From the IMG/VR virus record IMGVR_UViG_3300040960_000562, positions 1 through 55,214 of that record: DNA of 55,214 nt; one strand, 5' to 3'. This document shows, one piece after another, positions 9,417 to 19,000 of this stretch; the stretch's first letter is position 1, and the number at the start of each line of letters is the position of its first letter. The notes beneath the pieces are model-generated. The model had not been told where the DNA came from and searched no databases. It was given only the letters and a program-made list of their open reading frames with translations. The position numbers were made by a program, and so were the translations under genes. The stretch comes from a virus. Its lineage: Duplodnaviria > Caudoviricetes.

Positions 9417-11242
9417 TAGCATCTCCAGCGTTTGCGTGCTTTACAGATTTTCTTCTCTGGGGTCTTAGAGCAATCGATGTTGTGCATCTTTCTCTGACCA
9501 TCAGAGCGATCACAGAAAGACTTACGTCTCTCTTTTCTCTTTCCTTTTGGGTTCTTTTCAGTTACAGCAGTCTGTAACTTTGATTCTGGATTTTCACGGC
9601 GATATGCCTTAACTGCTTCAGGACTCATACCATCAGTGTTATCTTTACGATTTTCTTTTTGCCAGTCTTCAATAAGTTCACCTTCTGGTTCGAAGTGTGC
9701 TACCTGAGTGGTTTTCTTTGTAGATGCCTGTCTTACTGGTGGTGCGTTTTTTAAATTTTCTCTCCACCATTTCATGTCATCTGCATACTTTTTTGGATCA
9801 ACTTTAAGATATTCGGTTGGTTGATATCTTCCCTCACCCCTACCACGGGTACTATCATAACCACTTTCAGCAAGTTCTTCTCTCCAGTTTGACTGACCCT
9901 CTTTCACACAGTTGGGAACCATTTTCTTTCCCTTCTTTTTCATACCTAGTTGCTTATATCCAACCCAGCATTTTTCTTCAATCTTCTGAAGGTTTGATGG
10001 TGGAACTTGGATAGGGTCTGGAGTAATTAAGTCCGTGGTTTCAATTTCGGTTGGAACAAAGTCATCTCTCCAGTTGGAGAACTCATAACCTTCTTTCTTT
10101 GTGCTGTTACCCCAGTTAGCAGCACCAACTTTGCGGCACTTGGATAGAGCACCAGAAGCATATGCACTTGGCCAAACATCATATCTTGCTTTTACTTTCT
10201 TATAGCAAGCGTCTTTTTTTGTTTCCTCACCAAGTGGGTTTTCTGGACCTTCTAGACCAGTTTTATCTACACTAAACTTTGGTTTTTTCTTTATCTGTGG
10301 TTTTGTTGCAGAATCTGGAATTGTGTCACCAGGTTGATATGGTTTACTTTCTGATATTTCTTCTCTCCAGTCGGAATAAGATTCTTTTTTCATTTTTGAG
10401 TTTGCACTTTTTGTTGTACTTGGTATTACATCTTCAGGTTTACCACCAGCATTTTTAACTGCTTTTACAAAGACTCTATTAAATGATTGACCACTTGTAT
10501 CAATTTGTTCTCTTACCATTTTTGCCTTACCCTTTCTGTTTGGGTTTGGATCTTCCTTGCGCTTTTTCTTCGCTCTTTTTTCTCTCTCATCCTTACTCAT
10601 CGCTGCTCTATCATCAGCATCACGGCAGAATGGTTTGGTTTTCTGACCAGGTTGCTTGGCGCATGGTTTGCCATCATATTTGCCACCTGCCTGAACCCAT
10701 CCACCACCTTTAAACCAATCACGAAGTGAATAGTCCTTATCTTTAGCAGACTTACCATCACGCTTACCCTCATCCATATAAGATGAAGCAGCATCAGTAT
10801 TGTGTTCGGTATCAGTAATCTTTGCCTGAACCCAAGCAGGAATGTTCTTTTCCTTAGTGCCAAGTGCCTTTCTCAGTTTTCTGATATTTTCTTCAGACTT
10901 CTTTAACTGAGATTGTGCCATCGACACTTCGTGGTCACCCTTTTCTTTTGCTTCGTTCACTTTCTTTCTACCTTGACAGTGTGCTCTTTGTGAAAAACCT
11001 TTTGGATTTTTGCAGTCAATAGACTTCTTATATTTCTCAGACCATCCTTCACTCACTGCTTCACCATTTCCATTACTACCGTTACCATTTTTCTTGGTTT
11101 CGGTTTCACCATTATCTTCAGACTTTTCTTCTTCCTTTTCTTTACGCAACCATCCACCCAGTCCTACACGATAACCTGTAGGAATCTTCTTACACTTCTT
11201 CTCATCGTAGCAGTAATAATAACCCTGCTTACACTTCTTCAT
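9416..11242 (-). CDS. Modular Lys/Cys-rich late protein, candidate internal head polyprotein
   Basis: 608 aa; short basic Cys-containing modules separated by (I/L/V/M)-x-E sites and S(N/D)WR(E/D)(E/D) linkers. Confidence 0.8.
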   Translation of the reverse strand: MKKCKQGYYYCYDEKKCKKIPTGYRVGLGGWLRKEKEEEKSEDNGETETKKNGNGSNGNGEAVSEGWSEKYKKSIDCKNPKGFSQRAHCQGRKKVNEAKEKGDHEVSMAQSQLKKSEENIRKLRKALGTKEKNIPAWVQAKITDTEHNTDAASSYMDEGKRDGKSAKDKDYSLRDWFKGGGWVQAGGKYDGKPCAKQPGQKTKPFCRDADDRAAMSKDEREKRAKKKRKEDPNPNRKGKAKMVREQIDTSGQSFNRVFVKAVKNAGGKPEDVIPSTTKSANSKMKKESYSDWREEISESKPYQPGDTIPDSATKPQIKKKPKFSVDKTGLEGPENPLGEETKKDACYKKVKARYDVWPSAYASGALSKCRKVGAANWGNSTKKEGYEFSNWRDDFVPTEIETTDLITPDPIQVPPSNLQKIEEKCWVGYKQLGMKKKGKKMVPNCVKEGQSNWREELAESGYDSTRGRGEGRYQPTEYLKVDPKKYADDMKWWRENLKNAPPVRQASTKKTTQVAHFEPEGELIEDWQKENRKDNTDGMSPEAVKAYRRENPESKLQTAVTEKNPKGKRKERRKSFCDRSDGQRKMHNIDCSKTPEKKICKARKRWRC

Positions 11243-11676
11243 TTACTTTTTTCTGGGTTATTATTATTTAGAAAACCTTGCTTGAGTAGTTTCTGAAGTT
11301 CTGATGTGGAACCAACAAATACTGCGTTATTGGTAACGGTATTTGGTCCTTTATTGTTTCCAACATCTTCTTCAACATCTTTCAGTTTCTTCTGTAAGTC
11401 AATCAACTTATCAGTTGTATCAGCAACACTCTTAATTAACTGACCAGCAACTTCATATGCTCTTGGACTTCCACCTTCACCGGCAAGTTCCATGATTCCA
11501 TTGATTGCTTCCTGACCCTTCTCAATCAATGAATATAAGTTTGCTCTTGTATATTCATAGTCTTTTGAGATGTCAGTCTTCTGCTCAGGTTTTGTAATAC
11601 TCTTAGGAGCATCATCAACCTCAACAATGCTGCTCTCAACATTTAGAGCATCATCAATAGAATCAAATTCGGACAT
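11239..11676 (-). CDS. g16: Terminase small subunit
   Basis: 145 aa; DYEYTRANL, PRAYEVAGQLIK and VFVGSTSELQK motifs. Confidence 0.95.
   Translation of the reverse strand: MSEFDSIDDALNVESSIVEVDDAPKSITKPEQKTDISKDYEYTRANLYSLIEKGQEAINGIMELAGEGGSPRAYEVAGQLIKSVADTTDKLIDLQKKLKDVEEDVGNNKGPNTVTNNAVFVGSTSELQKLLKQGFLNNNNPEKSK
11265..11272 (-). promoter_or_regulatory. Late promoter variant TCTAAATA
   Basis: Inside the 3' end of g16, 22 bp upstream of the 608-aa gene. Confidence 0.5.
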
Positions 11677-11681
11677 AAGTA

Positions 11682-12482
11682 TTAGATATCAGTTTGTTGT
11701 GTGGGACTATATTCTTTAGAGTCTCCTAAGTATTCCCAAGTCTCAGTAAATCCAAAGTCATCACCAGGGTTAGCATCAATTGGGTCTGGGACCGCAGTGT
11801 ATCTAACTTCTCTCTTCGCAGTTTGTGTGTTGGTATCTGCGTACATATCAACAATAACCTTACGGATTAGACCTTCTGGGTTATCAGCAACAGGACCGAA
11901 GAGATAAGTCTTAGCGGTAAACTGTAAAGTATATATTAATGCTCGTCTTGTGGAAAAATCTCCTTCATAGTCATCCTGCATTCCGACACTGTTCAGAACA
12001 ACTGGAATATCTCTCTTTTCTCCAATTGAGTCTACTAAGTCTATAGTTAGATTGAATGCTGGTTGGAAATAAGGTAGAATCTGCTCAACTATCTGTAGAG
12101 CATCGTCATTTAGTTTACAGAATATACTTAACTCAAAACCAATGTTATATGGGACAGGCATGAAAACCTTTTTCATTCTGTCGTTATTGTCAACAGCACG
12201 GAATGTCTGAGTAATACCAGTCTTTCTGGAAGCATCATACTCAATAGAAGTCATCTCAAATGACATTCTGGGAAGAGTGATCTGAACAGGTTTATCAAGG
12301 TTTGCTTGCTGCTCAAGTCTTGCTAGAAACTTCTGGGCAGGACCATACGCCAAAGGAACTTTAATAACACTATTGGTATTTCCACTACCATCCTTATGGT
12401 GAATGTCCAAGTCATTGAACAATGTGCCAAAGGCAATAATAGTTTTACGAATAATTTCGTGGTAGTAATAAGTTCCTAACAT
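11682..12482 (-). CDS. g15: Tail sheath stabiliser / tail completion protein
   Basis: 266 aa; YYHEIIRK.IIAFGTLFN, KVPLAYGP and LPRMSFE motifs. Confidence 0.95.
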   Translation of the reverse strand: MLGTYYYHEIIRKTIIAFGTLFNDLDIHHKDGSGNTNSVIKVPLAYGPAQKFLARLEQQANLDKPVQITLPRMSFEMTSIEYDASRKTGITQTFRAVDNNDRMKKVFMPVPYNIGFELSIFCKLNDDALQIVEQILPYFQPAFNLTIDLVDSIGEKRDIPVVLNSVGMQDDYEGDFSTRRALIYTLQFTAKTYLFGPVADNPEGLIRKVIVDMYADTNTQTAKREVRYTAVPDPIDANPGDDFGFTETWEYLGDSKEYSPTQQTDI

Positions 12483-13861
12483 TAGTAAGTACCAAAGGGA
12501 TTAGATTCTGTGAAGTCAAGAATTCTATCTGCTTGAACTTCAAACTCCTCATTTTGTCTATATTTATCTGTTACAGTGTTCGCAGCGGACACATTGATTT
12601 CATAAGCAGCACCAGACCTAGCACCAGTGATAATTTCTCCAGGATAGAAACCACCAGATGTAATACCAACTCTGAGGATATTAGTATCCGTATCCCAGTT
12701 CTTGACTCTTGCTGTTGCTCCAGATCTGGAACCAGTAACAACTTCGTTGAACCAGTATGTTCCAATACCAGTTGTAGCAGCAGTTGCGACTGTGACTGTT
12801 GGTGCTGAGAAGAAACCTGCCCCAGCATCTGTGATGTTGATAGCACTGATAGTACCGGCAGCACTTACAGTTGCTATAGCAGAAGCGGGTAGTTGAGGTG
12901 ATAGTGAAGGTAGAGTAAATGTTACGTTTGGTGCTGTCGAGTATCCAGCACCACCATTGGTAACAACAATCTTAATAACACCCTTCTTATCGGTCTGAAT
13001 ACCGCAAGTAGCAGCAGCACCAGTTCCACCACCACCAGTGATAGTTATAGTTGGTGCTACAGTATATCCAGCACCAGCATGGACAAGACGAATTTCTTTA
13101 ATAGAAGTTATGTTATTTCTGGTTGTGGTAATAGCAACTGCTTGAGCATCAGTTCCACCAGAAGGTGCTGTTGTAATAGCAACTGTTGGTGTGCTGGTAA
13201 AACCAGAACCATCATTATTCAGTGTGATTGACTGGATAAAACCAGTTCCAACGGTAGCAGTTGCTGTTGCTCTAGTTCCACTTGAGAACATTGTCAGGTC
13301 AACAATATAACCCTGGTCATCAAGAACTTTATCAACCTCATCAATGGAAGTATCGAATACTTCATCCTCATATTCGAAGAGTTCACATTGAAGTTCGTAA
13401 ACGTAGTTTTTACCTAACTGATAAAAAGGTTTTTCATGCTCAACGAACTTTACTTCGAAAAGTCTTTTACCTAATGGAAAATAAACCAAATCTCCTTCTC
13501 TTGGTCTATCATAGACTTCAATTTCTGAATCATCAACACCTTCTAAAAATGGAGAAATGAAGTCTTCAAATCTTTCTCTTGATATGACTAGAGAAACTTC
13601 ATCCCTAACACTAACTCCAAACTTGGTCATAATGTCGCCAGCACCACTATAACCTTCATAGTTATTGAGATATGCTTCGAGTAAGAAGTTATCATCAAAC
13701 TTGGATGACTGTATTTCCTCAATAATAGTTTGTTTTCTGACAAACTTTCTGGGTATATACAAAACTTCTATGCCATATATCTTGAGTTGCTCATTGATCA
13801 ACTCTTGAACTAGGTTTTGCTCTCCAGAAGAGCCCTGTAGAAAGAAGGGATTAAGTGCCAT
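12482..13861 (-). CDS. g14: Neck protein with inserted G/T/A-rich repeats
   Basis: 459 aa; RPREGDLVYFPL, FYQLGK and DFTESNPFG motifs. Confidence 0.93.
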   Translation of the reverse strand: MALNPFFLQGSSGEQNLVQELINEQLKIYGIEVLYIPRKFVRKQTIIEEIQSSKFDDNFLLEAYLNNYEGYSGAGDIMTKFGVSVRDEVSLVISRERFEDFISPFLEGVDDSEIEVYDRPREGDLVYFPLGKRLFEVKFVEHEKPFYQLGKNYVYELQCELFEYEDEVFDTSIDEVDKVLDDQGYIVDLTMFSSGTRATATATVGTGFIQSITLNNDGSGFTSTPTVAITTAPSGGTDAQAVAITTTRNNITSIKEIRLVHAGAGYTVAPTITITGGGGTGAAATCGIQTDKKGVIKIVVTNGGAGYSTAPNVTFTLPSLSPQLPASAIATVSAAGTISAINITDAGAGFFSAPTVTVATAATTGIGTYWFNEVVTGSRSGATARVKNWDTDTNILRVGITSGGFYPGEIITGARSGAAYEINVSAANTVTDKYRQNEEFEVQADRILDFTESNPFGTY

Positions 13862-14718
13862 TATCCAATAAAGTCTAGAGGTGGTAGTTCATAATCCATT
13901 GACATTCTGGACTGTATTTCTGCTAGTTCTCTTTCAGCATCATCATATAGTTGTCTACCATTGAGCTCAATGCCACCTGGTAGTTTGACACCATTAAACT
14001 TAATGAGGTTTTGACCCCATTGACGCTTAATAAGTGCTGTTAGATATCTCTTCAAGAAACTATCATTGTATACACCACTATATGTTGCTGGGTCTAATAT
14101 TCTGTGGCAGTCAATAACAATGTAGTCATTCTCAGACATGCTTTGCCAGTCAACATCAAGATACAACCTATCTTGTCTCTTGTTATATCTTATTTGTTTG
14201 TCGGGGGTTAGTAAGAAGTCAATGTCTTCTAAGTATGTCTTAGTCATAGCATACTGAAGAAGTTCAACTGAGTTGAAGTAGTAGAGGTCGTTCAAAAACA
14301 GTTGGTACTTAATACTGAACATTCCACCAGAAATGGAACTAGTATCAAACTTAAAAATTCTTTCAATTCCGATAACTGAGTCTGGAACCTGAATAAAGTT
14401 GGAAGTTTCGTAGTAGTTTGAAGTGGTTGTGCCATATCCACTAATGGATGTTGAAGTGGCGCTGGTAGTTACGATACCTGCTGTATTTGTGCTACCACTT
14501 TCGTTTGATGCTCTTCCTCTATCTAAGTCCGCCTGAGTAAACCTGTACTTCAGGTACATTCTTTCAACACCATCAAAATGACGCTCTTGGAAGTACTGAA
14601 GAGCATCATCAACCAGGTCGTCAATTTGATCATCATCAACGTTGATCTCCAGGACTGGAGCACCCAAACGCCTCTTACAGTAATCAATAAGCCCTTGGCG
14701 TGTTGATGGTTTTGCCAT
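13861..14718 (-). CDS. g13: Neck protein
   Basis: 285 aa; RRLGAPVLEINV and KRQWGQNL.KF.GVKLPGG motifs. Confidence 0.95.
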   Translation of the reverse strand: MAKPSTRQGLIDYCKRRLGAPVLEINVDDDQIDDLVDDALQYFQERHFDGVERMYLKYRFTQADLDRGRASNESGSTNTAGIVTTSATSTSISGYGTTTSNYYETSNFIQVPDSVIGIERIFKFDTSSISGGMFSIKYQLFLNDLYYFNSVELLQYAMTKTYLEDIDFLLTPDKQIRYNKRQDRLYLDVDWQSMSENDYIVIDCHRILDPATYSGVYNDSFLKRYLTALIKRQWGQNLIKFNGVKLPGGIELNGRQLYDDAERELAEIQSRMSMDYELPPLDFIG

Positions 14719-14939
14719 TAGAATTCCTCAGCAGATAAATTATCCGTCTTTTGTGTAGGTTTTTTTCTTAATTTTAATTTACTCAACTCGTCCTCTTGCT
14801 CTGCGTTTTTATTTTTGAGAGCCTCAATAGTTTGGTTAGCAACCATAACTTTCGCTTCTAAAGCAACAGTCTGAGAAAACAGATCTGATGACTTTTGTTG
14901 ATATACAAGAATCAGACTTCTATAATCAGTTTCATTCAT
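14718..14939 (-). CDS. Small coiled-coil hypothetical protein
   Basis: ATG at 14939 downstream of a late promoter; stop overlaps the g13 start. Confidence 0.7.
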   Translation of the reverse strand: MNETDYRSLILVYQQKSSDLFSQTVALEAKVMVANQTIEALKNKNAEQEDELSKLKLRKKPTQKTDNLSAEEF

Positions 14940-14948
14940 AGTTGATAC

Positions 14949-14974
14949 AAAAAAAGGTGGGACAATGCCCACCT
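14949..14974 (-). terminator. Intrinsic terminator
   Basis: AGGTGGG-CATTGT-CCCACCT stem-loop followed by a T run. Confidence 0.75.
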
Positions 14975-14975
14975 G

Positions 14976-14983
14976 TATTTATA
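14976..14983 (-). promoter_or_regulatory. T4-type late promoter TATAAATA
   Basis: Perfect match abutting the terminator hairpin. Confidence 0.75.
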
Positions 14984-14997
14984 ATGTCTAGTTAATA

Positions 14998-15327
14998 CTA
15001 GAAGGAACCACCATCTACGGTTATATTTTCTAACGTTCTTGTAGATCCACTGCATGTGATAACTGACTGACTTATACCTTGGCAGTCAGTTATGGTCAGT
15101 GCTCCAATCTCAAGTTACTCCATCACCAAGATCCAATATCTGGGATGCTGGTACATGTACATATTCCGACCCATCATACATCAGAAAAGTATTAATCCCT
15201 CTACCTGTAATATTAACATCACCAATACTACTCATTTGATCGAGTGTACTAATACAACTTTGATAGCATTTTGCTGTCCAACTCTTACTGTTGTTGTGTT
15301 GTTGTTAGTTTTTACTCTAATTGCCAT
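14998..15327 (-). pseudogene. Frameshifted or deleted remnant of tail-fibre-region genes
   Basis: Three protein-like pieces: MAIRVK...VGQQNAIKVV (from 15327), ISTLDQ...LDLGDGVT (15253-15110, other frame) and LEIGALT...ENITVDGGSF* (15114-14998); no continuous ORF. Confidence 0.65.
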
Positions 15328-15668
15328 TAGAACTTGGTTACTCCTGCCCTTACTAGTGCCATTCCTTCAACAACTCTAGTCATAGTAGATGAAGTGTCTG
15401 TAATAACTACATCATATACATAACGTCCTTCTTTCAATGCTGCTGTTTGTGATGTTGATAGACCAATTTTGATCTGTCCAGCACTAGCATTAAAAATGGA
15501 AGATGTAAAAGTAGTCACACCAGTAGCACTTGCGTGCTTTCTCATCTCAGACTTGACTCCATAACTTGTCAAGTTTAACGCTGAGTTTGTAGCACTATCT
15601 TCTAAAGTAAACACCTGACTGAAGTCAGTCCCAGCATTAATTTGAATATTACTGACGTATACTGCCAT
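15327..15668 (-). CDS. Small virion structural protein (baseplate/fibre associated)
   Basis: 113 aa; GRYVYDV and TRVVEG.A.V..GVT motifs; late promoter variant CATAAATA at 15690-15697. Confidence 0.75.
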   Translation of the reverse strand: MAVYVSNIQINAGTDFSQVFTLEDSATNSALNLTSYGVKSEMRKHASATGVTTFTSSIFNASAGQIKIGLSTSQTAALKEGRYVYDVVITDTSSTMTRVVEGMALVRAGVTKF

Positions 15669-15692
15669 TTTTCAAGTGGTCTTTAGAAGTAT

Positions 15693-15872
15693 TTATGCTA
15701 AACCAGAGATAGCAAAGTTCTTGATAACTTCTTGCTGTTTCAGATAAAGTTTAAAGTAAGACTTGGCGAAGTTTTTTAATTCATCAACGTCCAATTCGTC
15801 AATAAGTCGAGAGTACTTTTCGTACTCAAACATTTTATTCATCGACTCTAGTTGAATTTTGTCGGGGTCCAT
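15693..15872 (-). CDS. Small helical hypothetical protein
   Basis: MDPDKIQLES...; ATG preceded by GGAG. Confidence 0.7.
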   Translation of the reverse strand: MDPDKIQLESMNKMFEYEKYSRLIDELDVDELKNFAKSYFKLYLKQQEVIKNFAISGLA

Positions 15873-16056
15873 TGATGATCTCCATAAGTAGGGATTTGAT
15901 TTCACTAATATCGGTTTTTATCTGGTCGATTTCCTCTCTTTGTTTTTTCTTCTCTGCTCTCAATTTAACATATTGTAAATACTCCGCAGTATCAGTATTT
16001 ACAATAGCACCTGAGTCTTCACGAAACAGGTGCTTATGACCCTCAACTCTCTTCAT
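15835..16056 (-). CDS. Small coiled-coil hypothetical protein
   Basis: 73 aa; VEGH..L.R..SGAIVN motif; immediately after the 2347-aa gene. Confidence 0.75.
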   Translation of the reverse strand: MKRVEGHKHLFREDSGAIVNTDTAEYLQYVKLRAEKKKQREEIDQIKTDISEIKSLLMEIINGPRQNSTRVDE

Positions 16057-16057
16057 A

Positions 16058-19000
16058 TTATGCTAGGGCAATAGTTCTCAGATCCTTGAATCTTGGAGCT
16101 CTTGCTTCATTTGTTCCACTCATTACGATCTTAACTCTGAAGGCATTAAACTGCTCAAGTTCATCGGCACTAAACTGATACTCAAGGAACTCTCCATCAT
16201 TACTTGAGCGTACAAATGCGTCCGCTCTACCATTATTTAATGTAGAATCGATAACCTTATCACCATAACCATCACCATTAGTATCGGTGAGGTTGTCGTA
16301 ACCAGGGAACAACTCATATGCCTGCTCAACTCCATTAGAGTCTGCTCTAAAGAGTTGATAAAGAACTCTAAAGTCGGCAGATGAGTGGCGATAGGATGAA
16401 ACCAGAACCTTAAGTGAAGTTGCTGGTTGTTGTAGTCTAACAATGCCAGTCGCATAGACGGCACTGTGAGGATCTTCTTGGACTAAGTTGACTCTACCGT
16501 CGTAAGCATAGTCACTTACTGGGTTGTTGAGTCTATTTCTACCGAATACTACAGATGCTGTAGAAACGTTAACAGCAGGTGACAGGTTTGGATCTCCTGT
16601 ACCCATTGTTAGACCAAGTGTGAATGACTTGTTCTTAGGTAGAGATGTTAGTCTTGTAGTCTCGTTAATTTGGGATGCTACAAGTCTTGATGTGGTTAGT
16701 TCGTTTACATTGTTCAGTTCGACAGTTTCATAACCTTGGTCAATGAAGGAAACTTCAGAACCACCAGCACTTGTTCCAGAAACAGTTCTTATTTGAGCGG
16801 AGAGTGAAGTGCTTTCGCCTGGAGTTAGAACACTAAACTGTGGGTCAACTCTATTAAACTGAATATTCTTGGATGCTGAAGCACCATTGCCACCAACAGT
16901 ATTTTCATCGGTGAAGCTCAACTGGTTGTCACCAGAAGTTCTAGAACCGCGACTAATTTGTAGGTGATATGTATCAAAGTCTCTCTTATTCTTGAGAGCA
17001 GTGTCTGATGGTAGATTATGTTGTGTGTTGATTCTGGTTAGCGAAATACCATTTAACTCATAAGGATAAACCTTATCATTGATATTATGCTTCCTTGTCA
17101 GTGAACTGTCAATACCTCTGGTTCCAATGCCAAGAGTTCCAGCGCCACCGCCACCAGCAGTTATAGCATTATAGAAGATAATTTCATTATTAACTTTCAG
17201 GTAACCCTGAGAAGTTGATATACCCTCAAAGGTTGCGAAGAGTGAGGTATTACCAACAGAGATGGTTGTATCACTGATACCAAGTTCCGCATTTAGAGTT
17301 GTTGGGATAGTGTCTGGTTCCAAGTCTGCCAAGACAACAACGTTGTTGTCAGCGTGCATACCATGGTTTGGTTGAGTAACCTCAATAACTCTTCCATCAT
17401 AAAGGTTGCTGATAACAGCAGAGTTGCGAATATCGGTGTTGGCATAAGCAACAGCGGTATTTGTATCACTATAAACGATTAAGTCCTGACCAGCAGTGAA
17501 CTCTTCACCTTGTACATTTGTGAGGAATAGAGTGTCTTTTCCACCAATAGAGTTGACGGAAATCTGAGCGTTCTTACCTTTGGCAACATCTGAGGTAGTA
17601 ATACCAAGAATGTCTCCAACAACATATCCATTTCCAGCAAGGGTGATTGCTGGGTTTCCAGAAACAACACCACTAGCGAAGGTAACAATACCAGTAGCAC
17701 CGCTACCATTACCTGTGATACTGTAGAATGAAACATCTGTAAATGTTCCATCACTGTATCCAGCACCAACTCTGTTGGTAAATGAGGTATCTAACTGACC
17801 ACCAACTTGCTCAATATATCCAGAGATAGCAGAAGCAGATGTGCTGTCACTAACCTTTCTACCAATACCAAGGATAGTATCCATGGCAGTGGTGGTTGTG
17901 ATACCAACCTTCAGTTTTCTTGGTAAAGTCTTGATAGAGTTTTCGTTGAGTTGACCAACGTTTGTATCTCTAGTTCCCAGTGATGGGTTGTAGAAGTATG
18001 CTACACCAGGAGTTGTGGTGAAGCTCGCCTTGTAAAGTTTAAACTTAAGATCTTCGAACTGGTTAGCAGTCCAAATAGTACCATTTTGAGACTTAAAGAG
18101 ACTTCCTCCAACATATTGCTTAGTAGCGATAACGCTTTCAGCATCAGGTAGAGTAGAAGTATTTACGGTCTTTTCACCCATTCTGGCAATCCAGACTTCA
18201 TAAAGATCGGAATATGGTGAAAGTAGAACTACAGCATACTCAGTATCTGCTTCCAGATAAACTGGTGATGGGAACTTAATGTTGGTTGCTACAGAAGCAT
18301 CTCTTGAGGTCTGAATCTCTGATGGGTCGAGAGTAACTCTTGAGTACTCTGTTACAAGGTTCTTGGTAGGAATACCAAGCTCAACAGTTCTGAGTTCGAC
18401 GAACAGTTTTTCACTCTCATCTTTATTGGCAAAGAATACATCAATACCAGTCATGAACGCACCAGTTTCATCAACTGTGAACGACTGGGCTAATGGGTCA
18501 TATCTTTCGACTTCAGTAACTCTCTCAAAGATGTTGATTCTACCAGTGGTTGTGTAGTTTGTCTCAGCACTACTGATAAGTGTGCTTCCTGGAAGTTGCT
18601 CTTCGTTGGTAGCACTTGAGGTCAGTCTGAAAGTCTTAGTTCCAGTGGTAAATCTCAGTGGAGGTGGTGGTGATGCCAGTGGGTTTCTGAAGAACATCGA
18701 ACCGTAGATGTCACCGAAGGTATCGGCAACCAGTCTGATATTAGCAACAGATGCCTGAGCACCACTTGTTTCTCCCAGGAGAACCATTCCAGTAGTCAAG
18801 TATCCATTATACTTACCAAGAACTTCTTCCTGAAGTGCCTCAACATCAACGTTTAGAACTGTTGATGATGCGGAGTAGGAAACTGGCAGTGTGATAGACT
18901 TATTATATGGGTTCAGACTAAATGTAGTTGTTGGGTTTCCACCAGGACCAGTCTTGTGGTTTGGTTGGACAACTCTACATGTGAACAGGTTCGTTCCTCC

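Noticed and set aside
15092-15379. Plus-strand 95-aa ORF over the fibre remnant
   Set aside because: Opposite to the operon, overlaps a real gene, and the minus-strand fragments explain the sequence better.
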